Shown here: positions 48,495 through 58,491 of the stretch, piece by piece
How positions within the stretch are numbered: position 1 is the first letter of the stretch
Layout: every line of letters begins with the position of its first letter
IMG/VR virus record: IMGVR_UViG_3300035180_002250
Location: 67,685-131,684 of that record
From: a virus
Reading direction: 5' to 3' (one strand)
DNA length: 64,000 bases
The notes under the pieces: generated by a model
Databases searched by the model: none
What the model saw: only the letters and a program-made list of their open reading frames with translations
What the model was told of the DNA's origin: nothing
Translations under genes and position numbers: made by a program

Positions 48495-49055
48495 CTAATT
48501 TTTAAGCAGGTTATATGCGACATTACCTTTTTCCAGTAAAGGTGCCGTTATTACCTGCATAATTAAATATCCACCCATACCTGTTATTTCCGGTTCCTTT
48601 TCCACAATTTTATAAACTTCTTCACTGTGTGGTAATATTATTAAATCTCTATCTTGTAATTGAACCTGGCACCCAACAATACAAAAATAATCTTCCTTGA
48701 CCCCATTCGTAATTGTATTGCCCACATCAGTTGCTACATTGATTCGTGGGTTAAAGTTAATCCCTACAGCATATGTACCAATATAAATGTACCCAGGTAT
48801 AACTCCGGTACCATAACAAGTACTACAATTGGATAAAATTGCTTCCCCTGTAAATGTATCTGTGCATACACTGCACCTGGTAGTTCCTGTCCTATTAAAC
48901 TGATATACCTTAGCTTCTATCCCACTATAAATTTTAAACAATCGATTAAGATCATATATTATCTTTTTAACTGCACCTGACAAATATGTTTTATCAGGAA
49001 CATCTGCATATACTGCCAAATTAGGTGGGTTCGGTGGGCCAAAAACCTCTGTCAT
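48495..49055 (-). CDS. Putative head-closure/neck protein
   Basis: RCSVC..CSTCYGTG Zn motif; context. Confidence 0.5.
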   Translation of the reverse strand: MTEVFGPPNPPNLAVYADVPDKTYLSGAVKKIIYDLNRLFKIYSGIEAKVYQFNRTGTTRCSVCTDTFTGEAILSNCSTCYGTGVIPGYIYIGTYAVGINFNPRINVATDVGNTITNGVKEDYFCIVGCQVQLQDRDLIILPHSEEVYKIVEKEPEITGMGGYLIMQVITAPLLEKGNVAYNLLKN

Positions 49056-49057
49056 CC

Positions 49058-49507
49058 CTACACCCTAAACAGAAACTCATTGATATTTGAATACGGTGAG
49101 AACTCCTCACCCCAAGCGTCTTCAGTGTTGATAAACGTCTTGAACGATTTTACCTCAGCATCAAACAACCTTCTGTACAGTTCTGCCAATGACGCATACT
49201 TATCATACTTGTTATCTAAAGCTACATTCATCCCACCCTGGGTCTGAAAATTGATCTCATTCCGTAACTGACGCTCTGACTCGCTTAAAGCCAAATGGTA
49301 TAATGTCCCATATAACAGAATAGTATCATTTGGGCATGTTTCGACTGAATACTGCGTCACAGGCGCCACAGAATTAAATAAACTGACTGCCAATCGCATA
49401 GCCAGTTCAATTAAATCATCTGAAGACTGTTCCTTGCTGTCCAACAAAATATTCAATGATGGATCATCCTTAGCAAACAGTCTTATGTCATCAACCGTTA
49501 ATGCCAT
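49058..49507 (-). CDS. Putative head-tail adaptor
   Basis: Helical 149-aa protein (LTVDDIRLF..SDDLIELA) downstream of capsid. Confidence 0.5.
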   Translation of the reverse strand: MALTVDDIRLFAKDDPSLNILLDSKEQSSDDLIELAMRLAVSLFNSVAPVTQYSVETCPNDTILLYGTLYHLALSESERQLRNEINFQTQGGMNVALDNKYDKYASLAELYRRLFDAEVKSFKTFINTEDAWGEEFSPYSNINEFLFRV

Positions 49508-49866
49508 TAATTATCGCCCACTGCTGTTACTGCTTTGCGACCGCGAGTTTTCTTGACTGGTGCGTCTGTAGTATCGTCCGTACCGTCTTGAACTTCCTGT
49601 TCTTCTGTTTCATTACTGGTAGCCTCTGGTACATCTTCTATCGCTGCCACTTCTTCCTTAGCTGGTACTACCCGAGCAACAATAGGTCTAACTGTTGTAT
49701 CAACATCGTCGGTAACAACTTCCAACACTTTTTTATTAACCAACCGAATCAGTGATTTAGTGTATACCTTACCACGTGAGCCATCATCCTCAATGATTCC
49801 ACCTGACTTAATAAACTTCCCACCAGTGATTAATGGGTGATCCAGAGTATTTTTATACTTAGTCAT
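49507..49866 (-). CDS. Hypothetical protein, acidic low-complexity
   Basis: AGGAG RBS; typical small post-capsid gene. Confidence 0.55.
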   Translation of the reverse strand: MTKYKNTLDHPLITGGKFIKSGGIIEDDGSRGKVYTKSLIRLVNKKVLEVVTDDVDTTVRPIVARVVPAKEEVAAIEDVPEATSNETEEQEVQDGTDDTTDAPVKKTRGRKAVTAVGDN

Positions 49867-49889
49867 TACCTACTCCTTTTGCATTTGAA

Positions 49890-49984
49890 TTGGCACTCCC
49901 CACGGCTTTAGCCGTGGGGATTCTCAGGCAACACCGGCTATTGCCGGTGTTAGCGCCTGAACCCTCTGCCCGAGGGCTTTAATA
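49890..49984 (-). mobile_element. omegaRNA-only IS605 right-end derivative
   Basis: Matches the right end of the tnpB elements; perfect hairpins CCCCACGGC-TTTA-GCCGTGGGG and CACCGGC-TATT-GCCGGTG. Confidence 0.8.
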
Positions 49985-50040
49985 AGTTTTAGTATTAATA
50001 TACTGATTATTCTATTTTTATTCAATCCTACTACGTGTTA

Positions 50041-50955
50041 TCAAGTCAACGTAACCTTGTATACACCATAGGTATTACCAATACCAAACCCAGGGGCCTC
50101 ATATGTATGGAATGAATACATATCCGCCTCAGTTTTGATAAACAGAGTTGCATCTTGGAGCAGGTAAAATTTACAGAAGTACTCCTGGGGTGCAAAGAAG
50201 TACAGGACATCCTCAGCCACTAAATCAGATTTAATCGTTGTGACCACAGGGAATCCCATAAACTTATCTTCACCCTCAACCCCATCGGCCATACGTGCAT
50301 CCTGCATCTTGAAACCGATGTCTTCAACCTTCAACGCTAAAGAGCTAAGATAGGTATTTTTGTGCATTAAAACTTTGCCCACAGGCTGCTTCAATGCCGT
50401 TAACCCTTTAAGACCAGCCACGAAAGCATCTTTGAACGTGAGCGTGGTCCCTACATCCACCGACGTAGATTGATTGGCTGCATTACCAGATATAATATCA
50501 GCAATCGTACTCATGAACAGACCGTCTTCCTGCTCCTGAATAATTTTAGACTGATTTTCCTTCAACCACGCCATAATATCCATACGGATCGTCATTAATT
50601 CGAACTTGCTTTTGTTAATCCGTTCAGACTCGACTTTCCCAAAAGGAATCCTAAAACGACGACCATCAAAATAGGTCCGATCCCCTGTACCCTTAAACGG
50701 TACAAAGGTAGCTTTCGTCGCCGTGGGTTCCTTCTCCACGATGATCGATGGCGTATCTGAATCCAGCAGCGGGTCCAGTTCATCAGCCGTAACAGTTTTA
50801 GGAGTAAACAGTCTACGCAGAAAACCGTCTTCATACAGTCTCTGACGAATATACGCGCTACCTGCCTCCTCAGCTTCCTTTACCATTCCACTGTCAATTT
50901 TATTTAAAAAAGCAGTGTTCAGGATCTCAGCACTAACATTAAGTGTTTCGTACAT
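50041..50955 (-). CDS. Major capsid protein
   Basis: 304 aa; EDGFLRRLF, QEQEDGLF; strong AAGGAG RBS; position after decoration/scaffold genes and before neck genes. Confidence 0.7.
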   Translation of the reverse strand: MYETLNVSAEILNTAFLNKIDSGMVKEAEEAGSAYIRQRLYEDGFLRRLFTPKTVTADELDPLLDSDTPSIIVEKEPTATKATFVPFKGTGDRTYFDGRRFRIPFGKVESERINKSKFELMTIRMDIMAWLKENQSKIIQEQEDGLFMSTIADIISGNAANQSTSVDVGTTLTFKDAFVAGLKGLTALKQPVGKVLMHKNTYLSSLALKVEDIGFKMQDARMADGVEGEDKFMGFPVVTTIKSDLVAEDVLYFFAPQEYFCKFYLLQDATLFIKTEADMYSFHTYEAPGFGIGNTYGVYKVTLT

Positions 50956-51029
50956 TATCTACATCTCCTTAAAATAGTAGTATTCGTTTTACTTTCTAAA
51001 TAATCAATTAACCATGGTTAACCAATTAT

Positions 51030-51440
51030 TTAAGATGCCGGATCACACCAAAGCACAGTAAGTTCACCAGTCGATGCATTGAAACTCAATACCTGCCCCA
51101 CAACCCGCTGAGTACCTGAAGCTGCTGCAAACTTACCACTTACCGCAGAAAGCTTCATGTTTGGAGTAAAGCTGCTGCCCGTATAACAAGCACTATCCAC
51201 CTTCACTACAAAGTTGGATGGTAAACAAGTTAATTTACCAGTAACTGCTTCGACTGCAATACACATAACAGGCAAATTACCTGCATTAGCACCATCCGTA
51301 GAATACGATGCAACATCAACAGCGCCAGTAGTACCATTAATAGCTCCAATCACCCCAGGTGTAATAGTAACACCACTCGACGGAGACAGAGTTAAATCAA
51401 GTGCACCAGCAGAAGGCCAACCCTTAATAATTTGATACAT
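51030..51440 (-). CDS. Putative capsid decoration/cement protein
   Basis: Small G/A/S/T-rich beta protein directly before the capsid gene. Confidence 0.55.
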   Translation of the reverse strand: MYQIIKGWPSAGALDLTLSPSSGVTITPGVIGAINGTTGAVDVASYSTDGANAGNLPVMCIAVEAVTGKLTCLPSNFVVKVDSACYTGSSFTPNMKLSAVSGKFAAASGTQRVVGQVLSFNASTGELTVLWCDPAS

Positions 51441-51476
51441 TGTGTAATTCTCCTTTGACTAAATTAATTGTAATTT

Positions 51477-51578
51477 TTGACACTACCCACAGCTAAAGCC
51501 GGTAGATTCTCAGGCAACACTAACTATTATCGGTGTTAGCGCCTGAACCCTCTGCCCGAGGGCTTTACGGCATTTTTG
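51477..51578 (-). mobile_element. Miniature IS605 derivative (right end fused to left-end remnant)
   Basis: TTGACACT..GAGGGCTT then TACGGCATTTTTG like the left end of copy 2. Confidence 0.8.
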
Positions 51579-51587
51579 GTAACGTTA

Positions 51588-51836
51588 TTAGGACAGAATA
51601 AAATCCAATAACGGATTCATACTCTGATTAGGTAACTGACTAAGCGTACCGTAATCATTGGACTCAGTTGCAACCTTATTCATCAACTTCACATTGCTAT
51701 TAGTAGTACTTGCAATTTTATTTAAAGTTTTCATATTATTATCATAATCATGCATGAACGTTTCAAACCCTGTAATAACTGAGTTTAATCGTTCAGCAAG
51801 CTTTTCAAATTCCTGAACCAATTCAGTTTTATCCAT
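51588..51836 (-). CDS. Small head-associated protein
   Basis: KLAE, KIAS, KVAT motifs. Confidence 0.55.
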   Translation of the reverse strand: MDKTELVQEFEKLAERLNSVITGFETFMHDYDNNMKTLNKIASTTNSNVKLMNKVATESNDYGTLSQLPNQSMNPLLDFILS

Positions 51837-51848
51837 AGTAAATTTATC

Positions 51849-52070
51849 CTAACTAACATAGAATTTTAAGAAATTTAATACTTGTTTGGAATCTAATTTA
51901 ATAGTTTCCTGTTTACTGAGGTTAAAACTTGTAGAAGCAATTTTTTCACTATGGTGGATACCAAATGTATCAGCATCTGTACCAGAAGCTGTATCTGCTG
52001 CAGATAACAAAGTAGCAATTTTAGTTAAACTATCCACTGTGTCTTGCAATTCGTTAACGATTGTATTCAT
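51849..52070 (-). CDS. Small head-associated protein
   Basis: KIAT, KIAS motifs. Confidence 0.55.
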   Translation of the reverse strand: MNTIVNELQDTVDSLTKIATLLSAADTASGTDADTFGIHHSEKIASTSFNLSKQETIKLDSKQVLNFLKFYVS

Positions 52071-52246
52071 TTTGAATTTACCAATTCTTGCAATTCATTT
52101 ACATTAATAAAGAAAGATGGAGAACCTTTTAATTTATTATCATCAGATTCGATAAACTCCATAGCCTGTTTAATAAACACAGGAACTGCCTCCATGCATT
52201 CTTTAAACTCTTGGATCAACTTTGTAATATCTGGTTTAGGTTCCAT
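52067..52246 (-). CDS. 59-aa hypothetical protein (below ORF track cutoff)
   Basis: MEPKPDITKLIQEFKECMEAVP...VNSK*; ATGA overlap with the next gene fills the operon gap. Confidence 0.55.
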   Translation of the reverse strand: MEPKPDITKLIQEFKECMEAVPVFIKQAMEFIESDDNKLKGSPSFFINVNELQELVNSK

Positions 52247-52254
52247 AGTATTAA

Positions 52255-53064
52255 TTACTTGCCAAGAAACTGTTTAACTACGCTATATGCATTCCGTGAT
52301 ATTGCCACCATCTCTGACTCAGCGTCATCCGACAATGAACCACTTGCTTCCTTTTCTAGAGCATTCAAAGAAACTCTTGTAATATCATAAGCTTCTTTAC
52401 TAATGTTGGTGTAATCGTCCTCGTCAATACCTTTGATATTCTGTGCTTCTTCAACTCCGGCTTCATAAGCTTCTTTAATCATCACATCTTTAATTGTGTT
52501 CAAATAACTCTTTGTCATATCATATGCCTCTTTTGTAATTTCAGTATGGGCCTGCTTCTCTTGAAGCGTATCAAAGAACCCATCTGCAAATAACTTCCCG
52601 AATACCTGAGCATCCTTTTCCAATGCAGTAAGTTCTTTTTCCTGTGCCTGCTTTGCCAATTGCTTCAACGATTCTACAGCCATGTTGTAGGTAGTTTCAG
52701 CCTGCACAACTCCCTTTGCAGCCTCAGTAATTGCCTGTTTTGCAGCATCTTCCTGTTCAGCCTGAGCATTCGCTGCAGCCAATAATGCCTGTTGTTGCCC
52801 CTTCCCACCACCTGCACCAGCTTGCTGTTGCTGCAGTGCAGCTAATGTCTCTGGGTCAATATCCTGACCTCCCTGAGCACTAGGGTCACCTTGAGCCTCA
52901 CCTAAAATAGCCGCTACTTGATCAGGTGTCACAACATTCGATTCAGAATCCTTACCAGCAGACGCAGCAGTTTTAGTAGTGCCATCCGTGGAACTAGATG
53001 TTTCAAACTGCTGTAAAATATCACTCAACCGTAAAACTTTAGTTTTCTCAGGCATAATAAGCAT
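52255..53064 (-). CDS. Putative scaffolding/head core protein
   Basis: Acidic, Ala/Gln-rich helical protein with KEAY repeats; upstream of capsid. Confidence 0.55.
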   Translation of the reverse strand: MLIMPEKTKVLRLSDILQQFETSSSTDGTTKTAASAGKDSESNVVTPDQVAAILGEAQGDPSAQGGQDIDPETLAALQQQQAGAGGGKGQQQALLAAANAQAEQEDAAKQAITEAAKGVVQAETTYNMAVESLKQLAKQAQEKELTALEKDAQVFGKLFADGFFDTLQEKQAHTEITKEAYDMTKSYLNTIKDVMIKEAYEAGVEEAQNIKGIDEDDYTNISKEAYDITRVSLNALEKEASGSLSDDAESEMVAISRNAYSVVKQFLGK

Positions 53065-53317
53065 CCTTATATTTATAAAAATTTGACTGGTTTATTTGAC
53101 CTACCTGACTAACTGACCTACCTCAAAAATATACTGAGTCATCTAAGCATCTAAGTGCAAATATATTATACATTAATATTCAGTATATTATATATTGTAA
53201 TGTTAAATGAAAAATGTTAATATACTATTAATATTTATGACAGAAATCACCAATGTTTAATAAGCTGCCTATAAAAAATTTATCTTCGTTCCTTGCATCC
53301 AAAAAATAGTATAACTA

Positions 53318-53326
53318 TGTTATAAG
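53318..53326 (+). promoter_or_regulatory. TGTTATAAG promoter motif
   Basis: 25 nt upstream of the PAAR-like gene. Confidence 0.5.
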
Positions 53327-53351
53327 TACTTGATTTGTACATGAGGTTTAT

Positions 53352-53633
53352 ATGCAATATATAAATACAGACTCCAAAGCATTCGGTGTATGTAATATTT
53401 GTAAAAAATCAGTTTTTGGTAAACTTGATAAAGGTAGTGACACAGTATTTCTTGAAGGGAAAAATGCTGGAAGAGTAGGTGATAAAGTTAAGGCTGATTG
53501 TGGGCATTCAGGATTTATCAACAGCGGGTCATCAATACTTTATATTAATGGTAAACCAGCCGCAGATTTGACATCATCAATAGTTGGAGATTTTACTGGA
53601 AGGTTTATAAAAGGGACTTCCACAATTCAATAA
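53352..53633 (+). CDS. PAAR-like spike tip protein
   Basis: GSDTVFLEGKNAGRVGD..CGH..GSSILYINGKPAA. Confidence 0.8.
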   Translation: MQYINTDSKAFGVCNICKKSVFGKLDKGSDTVFLEGKNAGRVGDKVKADCGHSGFINSGSSILYINGKPAADLTSSIVGDFTGRFIKGTSTIQ

Positions 53634-53682
53634 TTAACTATCTATATATCATTTCGTAAAAACTAACATAAGGAATTACGCT

Positions 53683-55395
53683 ATGACATTTGCAATAAAG
53701 AAAGTAGTAGAAGACTACAATGATTATTTATGGTGCTGTTGCTATGAATCCAACACCACTTTCTTTATAGGAGCTTATAATCAAGGTACCGGATCAACAG
53801 CTGAAGCACAAAACTTGTATAGATACTCCACTACAACTGGTACCTTGGATGATGCACATTTACCTTATTATTATGAAACTATTGGGCATGAAGCAACACG
53901 CCCCTTTTACTTAAATGGTACAATTTATGTATTAACAGAAGGACTAAATTTAGATAACCAGCAATCTGAAACATCTGGTGCATTTGTAATTAATTACTCA
54001 TCACGAACAAAAATTGCAACTTTTCCATATTGCTACTTATTAATAGCTCAATACTTTAGGTCAAATGGGAAATATATAGTAGGATGGTGTGATAAATATA
54101 ACAGTAATACATTTAAACTTTATGATTGCCCCCCTACTGGTGGAAAAACACTATTTGCAACTATAGGCAGTAATTTACAATTTTTTGGTAGTGTTGAACA
54201 CAACGGAAACTTACTTTTATGCGGGAGTAATATAGCTTCAAACACTGGAGTTATTTATTTAGTTGAAGCAGATGGTACCGTTATGAAAATATTTGAAACA
54301 TCTGAACAACCTGGGTTCAACGCTTTAACTATATATAATAATACAGTATATGCACTTGGGGCAACTCCAGCATTATACAAATTTGATGCAATCAATTTAA
54401 CTTTTAATAATATTTGGAAGTGTAGTTCACAAGGAGTTGAATCTGGTGGAATGTATTCAACTACTTCCGCAAATAATAAGGGAGGAATAATAATTCCGGT
54501 AGCCGGAGATCAGTTCGGTGAAATCTACTACTTACAAGATAACCTAGTGTATAAAATTATTAAAGATAGTGATTTCACAGGAGCAAAACCAAATAAAACT
54601 GACTTAGGGGCATCAAGTGGATTTATTACATTTAGTACAAATGGATATTACATAGTATATAACGTAGCTAATAGTCGGCTGGGTCCATCATCTATATATC
54701 AACTTACTGGTACCTTTACAGGAGATGAAGAGGTTGACGGAGCAAATACTATAGACATTACACTTCCTAGCAACACAAGCACTCTAGACACACTGATAAA
54801 TGATCTGGACTCACAGTACCAATGTTCAATCGATAGTTATAATAGCCTTAACGATGAAAAAACAAAACTGGAAAATCAAATAAGTTTGGTAACATCCCTA
54901 AAAAAACAATACAGTGGTAGCTACCCAGATATAGCCACTATGTTAGGCTACCACTTAAATCAAAAATCAGGAACTGGGGGAACCTATGGGTTAAAAGACA
55001 ATTTGAATAGTGTTAAAAAAATGACAAAAGCAGCAGAGAAAAATCTAAAAATAACCGAATTACTTAGCAGAATATATACAGCTGCAAAGAATGGATCAAA
55101 TGTACCAACAATTGATGCAGACTTATTGAAAGATATTAAAAACAGTGCTGATGACGAAGACAGTGCGCCTGACTTCATTTATAAAAACAGAGAGGACTTT
55201 CCGGATTATCAAGTGGACGAAGACACTGGAGTAAAGGTAGAATGGCCAATCGGAGCTACCTGTGTAAAAAAAGGTGTACTATATGTATATACAGGCGTAG
55301 AATGGACTGTCTGGAAGTACCATGATAACGACACCGGATGGGAGAGAGTAGCCTTACAGAGTTCAGATGAACAAATAACAGCAACTGGCGCTTAA
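53683..55395 (+). CDS. Putative beta-propeller/coiled-coil virion protein
   Basis: Beta-rich repeats (YNNTVYA, HNGNLLL), then a coiled coil and a YVYTGVEW tail-fibre-like motif. Confidence 0.55.
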   Translation: MTFAIKKVVEDYNDYLWCCCYESNTTFFIGAYNQGTGSTAEAQNLYRYSTTTGTLDDAHLPYYYETIGHEATRPFYLNGTIYVLTEGLNLDNQQSETSGAFVINYSSRTKIATFPYCYLLIAQYFRSNGKYIVGWCDKYNSNTFKLYDCPPTGGKTLFATIGSNLQFFGSVEHNGNLLLCGSNIASNTGVIYLVEADGTVMKIFETSEQPGFNALTIYNNTVYALGATPALYKFDAINLTFNNIWKCSSQGVESGGMYSTTSANNKGGIIIPVAGDQFGEIYYLQDNLVYKIIKDSDFTGAKPNKTDLGASSGFITFSTNGYYIVYNVANSRLGPSSIYQLTGTFTGDEEVDGANTIDITLPSNTSTLDTLINDLDSQYQCSIDSYNSLNDEKTKLENQISLVTSLKKQYSGSYPDIATMLGYHLNQKSGTGGTYGLKDNLNSVKKMTKAAEKNLKITELLSRIYTAAKNGSNVPTIDADLLKDIKNSADDEDSAPDFIYKNREDFPDYQVDEDTGVKVEWPIGATCVKKGVLYVYTGVEWTVWKYHDNDTGWERVALQSSDEQITATGA

Positions 55396-55472
55396 CCTAT
55401 TTTATTTGATTTTATTAAAACCCCTCCCTATAATTGGTATAGGGCAACAAAACCTTTATAAGGAGGGGTATT

Positions 55473-55688
55473 ATGTGGTGGGACAAAGAAAACAAAAGAC
55501 TACGTGACGGTGTAGGACCAAATGGGGAAGACAAGCTAACCTTTTCAGATGTTGTAGACGCTGTTGGAACCAATATCATAGGACTTGGTCTCGGTTGTCT
55601 TGGGTTGGCTCTCATGGCAGTGATAGCAAGGGATCAAGCCCTTGACAGCTGTAATCCGGATAACTGGACCAGGATCAATCATTGGTGA
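55473..55688 (+). CDS. Small membrane protein
   Basis: AGGAGG RBS; one hydrophobic helix. Confidence 0.55.
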   Translation: MWWDKENKRLRDGVGPNGEDKLTFSDVVDAVGTNIIGLGLGCLGLALMAVIARDQALDSCNPDNWTRINHW

Positions 55689-55690
55689 CA

Positions 55691-55867
55691 TTGACACTCC
55701 CAACGGCTAAAGCCGGGGGGATTCTCAGGCAACACCGACCATTGCCGATGTTAGCGCCTGAACCCTCTGCCCGAGGGCTTTAATTATTATATTATGTGAT
55801 ATAATATAAGAAAAGTTCACCTTATATCTCCATGTCTAAAGGCAGTGATCTTACGGCGTTTTTTTTG
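55691..55867 (-). mobile_element. Non-autonomous IS605 miniature (PATE-like) with both ends
   Basis: Right end/omegaRNA joined to left end (TTCACCTTATATC..CTTACGGCGTTTTTTTTG); TTTAT outside the left end as in copy 2. Confidence 0.85.
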
Positions 55868-55881
55868 ATAAAGGAGGTACC

Positions 55882-56082
55882 ATGACAACATCTGAAAACA
55901 CTACGCCTGGTAGTGACCAGGAAACACAAAACCTCTATGCTAAAATTATAAATGCTTCCGAAATAATTGGTGGATTCATAATTCTTGGATGCATTTTATT
56001 CGCGTATGCGATGTATGAGGAAGCAGGAAACGGAGGTGCGAAATATTTTGATAAGTACAGGGAATGGCATAATATGAGATAA
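55882..56082 (+). CDS. Small membrane protein
   Basis: AGGAGG RBS; IIGGFIILGCILFAYAM helix. Confidence 0.55.
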   Translation: MTTSENTTPGSDQETQNLYAKIINASEIIGGFIILGCILFAYAMYEEAGNGGAKYFDKYREWHNMR

Positions 56083-56099
56083 TTAACTATTCATAGGAT

Positions 56100-56146
56100 A
56101 AGTAACGCTTATATATATCTTTTAATATCTAAGCGTTACTTTTTTA
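56100..56146 (+). terminator. Terminator between convergent units
   Basis: AAGTAACGCTTA / TAAGCGTTACTT plus T-run. Confidence 0.6.
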
Positions 56147-56155
56147 GCTTACATA

Positions 56156-58264
56156 TTATTTCCTGTTTCTTAACTTTTCGTTCAACAAAGACCCAAGCAG
56201 TACCGACCCGGTATACGTAGTTACTGGATTATTAACCACCATCCTGCCAGCTTTATACCCCAGCCTACCTGGTAGTGACATTTCCTGCTCAGGGTCCCTA
56301 TAATTTCTGTATATCCACTTTTTGTTTATCAAATAATCCAACCCAAGAACAGATGGTACAGATAGACCAAGTAACACTGGTAAATTTTCCTTAGTAAACG
56401 ATCCGATCTCCTTTGAGGAGTCCGTGAATTTTTTTAGCCGGTTCTTCCAATCTACAGCACTTTCCGCTGCCGTTTTGTTATGGTGAAACCCAAAGGAAGC
56501 AGCCGGTATTTCCGTGTGATGCTCAGTTTCTACAAGCTCATCAACCGGTTTTGAATTCAACAGCACTGAACCTACCCCAACGCCAAGTACCGATGTTAAA
56601 ACTCTTTCCAATAGAGGTCTGTTGGAGAACAGGGATAACAACCCTGCCAACCCAATAGCAGACCCTAAAATGCGTTTAATAATTTCCATCGGACTTTTAA
56701 TAGATGTTGCTTGTGTCACATTGTACCTATTAGTTACTGCAGCGTTCCCCATTCTATCTATAAACTTCACTGTGTCCAGATTTCCAGAACTTGATTTCAA
56801 CGCTTCATTCAAACTATACTTCAGCGTTTTCATCAGTGATTTATTATTCATCAAGTTATTTACATCAATGGAATCCGATGTATTAAATTCAGGAATCTTT
56901 CCATAATTTATAACACTGTTGGCCGCACTCTTTGTTAGGCTATCTGTGAAATCATCACTAAAACCAACATTACTTGGTAATAACCTCTTGATCAAAATTA
57001 TACGATTTTTAACTACTGGACCAATTGTATGTACAATATTATTAAACCTTGAACCATTCTGTATTTCTTCTGGATCAACATCATTTAAGATTGGTAGAAC
57101 CGTGCTTTCCAATTTATCCGGTCTATCCTGAAGGAAACTAAAGCCCTCCTGCAGCTTATCCAATATCTGTGGAATAATATCCTGGGTTAGACTATCACCA
57201 AAAAAATGTTTCCCTGCCGAATAAGCCATATCACCAACCGAGGGGACACCTCCAAGACCAATCGTGATCCGTATCAAACCCCCTGGGGATACATCCGTTG
57301 CATCCAGATCATCAAAATCCATCGTTGGGTAGTCCATAGCATCCAACTGCTGACTATGTGACTTTAAAAACTCCAGTTTGCGCTTCTCATCAAGGTCATC
57401 ACCAACATCGATGTCAGCAATATTACCATCAACTTGTTTAATAATATCACTTACCTTTTTAATACTGGATATCTTGCTTAATGCGTACTCGTGTTCTTCA
57501 CCAAGTTCAGCAGATGTTTTAACTATACCATCATTAACAGACTCACCTTTGGCATCCCGAGTATCACCCATGTATTCATTTGTTCTGGCATTGGTATATT
57601 TTTTATCCGATGCCTCTTTCTCCAGTGCCCAGGCTGTCTTGTCTGCTGGCCTATTAACTATGGATATATCAAAAAACCTGAGTGGACCTGGATTTATTGC
57701 GTACACCTGCCTTCCATCTGCTAAAATCTTCTTCATATTATATTTCAGATGGTCACAGTACTCCGCCCTTGTTTTTGATTTATGCCCACAAATGGAACAC
57801 ACATCATTTGCTACCCGTACCCCCATCGACACAAAAACTTGTTCGTTGTTTCGCAGTTTGGATACCAATACATCTGCACCTCTGGCTCCTTTATCAAACT
57901 CCAGAACCAGTTCAACACGGTGCATATTATCGTTATAGAAAGAGTATATTGGTTTACCTATAGATTTATTTACATCTTTATTCATGTGAAATAAAAAAAT
58001 ATGTCCATCCTTTACAAAGGAAGGATGATATTTCTTTAAATCAGCTCCATCAAACCAATCCCCATTATTATTGGGTCCATAATAATTTCCATCAGTCATA
58101 GCGATTACATGCAAGTACCCCTTATTCTTACCCCTGTTGAAAGTCCTCCAGAATACTTGGATATCGTTGGACGCTGTTTTAACAAGATAGCCATCGTCAA
58201 CAATAGAAACCCTAGGTTCCAGTGTATCCTCAACATAAGCACCAAGATCAATAATCTTATACAT
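56156..58264 (-). CDS. Putative prohead maturation protease with C-terminal extension
   Basis: NNNGDWF, FLFH, VSMG (catalytic Ser-like), CSIC..CDH Zn insert, FFDISIVNRPAD, resembling HK97/assemblin-fold phage proteases. Confidence 0.65.
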   Translation of the reverse strand: MYKIIDLGAYVEDTLEPRVSIVDDGYLVKTASNDIQVFWRTFNRGKNKGYLHVIAMTDGNYYGPNNNGDWFDGADLKKYHPSFVKDGHIFLFHMNKDVNKSIGKPIYSFYNDNMHRVELVLEFDKGARGADVLVSKLRNNEQVFVSMGVRVANDVCSICGHKSKTRAEYCDHLKYNMKKILADGRQVYAINPGPLRFFDISIVNRPADKTAWALEKEASDKKYTNARTNEYMGDTRDAKGESVNDGIVKTSAELGEEHEYALSKISSIKKVSDIIKQVDGNIADIDVGDDLDEKRKLEFLKSHSQQLDAMDYPTMDFDDLDATDVSPGGLIRITIGLGGVPSVGDMAYSAGKHFFGDSLTQDIIPQILDKLQEGFSFLQDRPDKLESTVLPILNDVDPEEIQNGSRFNNIVHTIGPVVKNRIILIKRLLPSNVGFSDDFTDSLTKSAANSVINYGKIPEFNTSDSIDVNNLMNNKSLMKTLKYSLNEALKSSSGNLDTVKFIDRMGNAAVTNRYNVTQATSIKSPMEIIKRILGSAIGLAGLLSLFSNRPLLERVLTSVLGVGVGSVLLNSKPVDELVETEHHTEIPAASFGFHHNKTAAESAVDWKNRLKKFTDSSKEIGSFTKENLPVLLGLSVPSVLGLDYLINKKWIYRNYRDPEQEMSLPGRLGYKAGRMVVNNPVTTYTGSVLLGSLLNEKLRNRK

Positions 58265-58469
58265 TACTTACTTTCCTACTTTCCTGTTGGTTATTAAAAA
58301 ATCCAACCGAGTTCAAGTAGTCTACAGACTTGATCGCGTCATCAACTGTATTGAGCAAGCCAGCATGTTTATACAACGCCTCACCAAATTTCTCCATGCA
58401 GAAACGCATGTATGGACTATTGATAACACCTTCATTTGTACCCAGTACTTTTAGAGGCATAGCACCCAC
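58257..58469 (-). CDS. Hypothetical protein
   Basis: 70-aa ORF in the head operon. Confidence 0.5.
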   Translation of the reverse strand: MGAMPLKVLGTNEGVINSPYMRFCMEKFGEALYKHAGLLNTVDDAIKSVDYLNSVGFFNNQQESRKVSNV

Positions 58470-58491
58470 CTTAATTTATGTTTATGTTAGC

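Noticed and set aside
53085-53157. Short direct repeats (TGACCTACCT x2, CATCTAAG x2) in the divergent intergenic region
   Set aside because: Too short and few to call as iterons or operators from sequence alone
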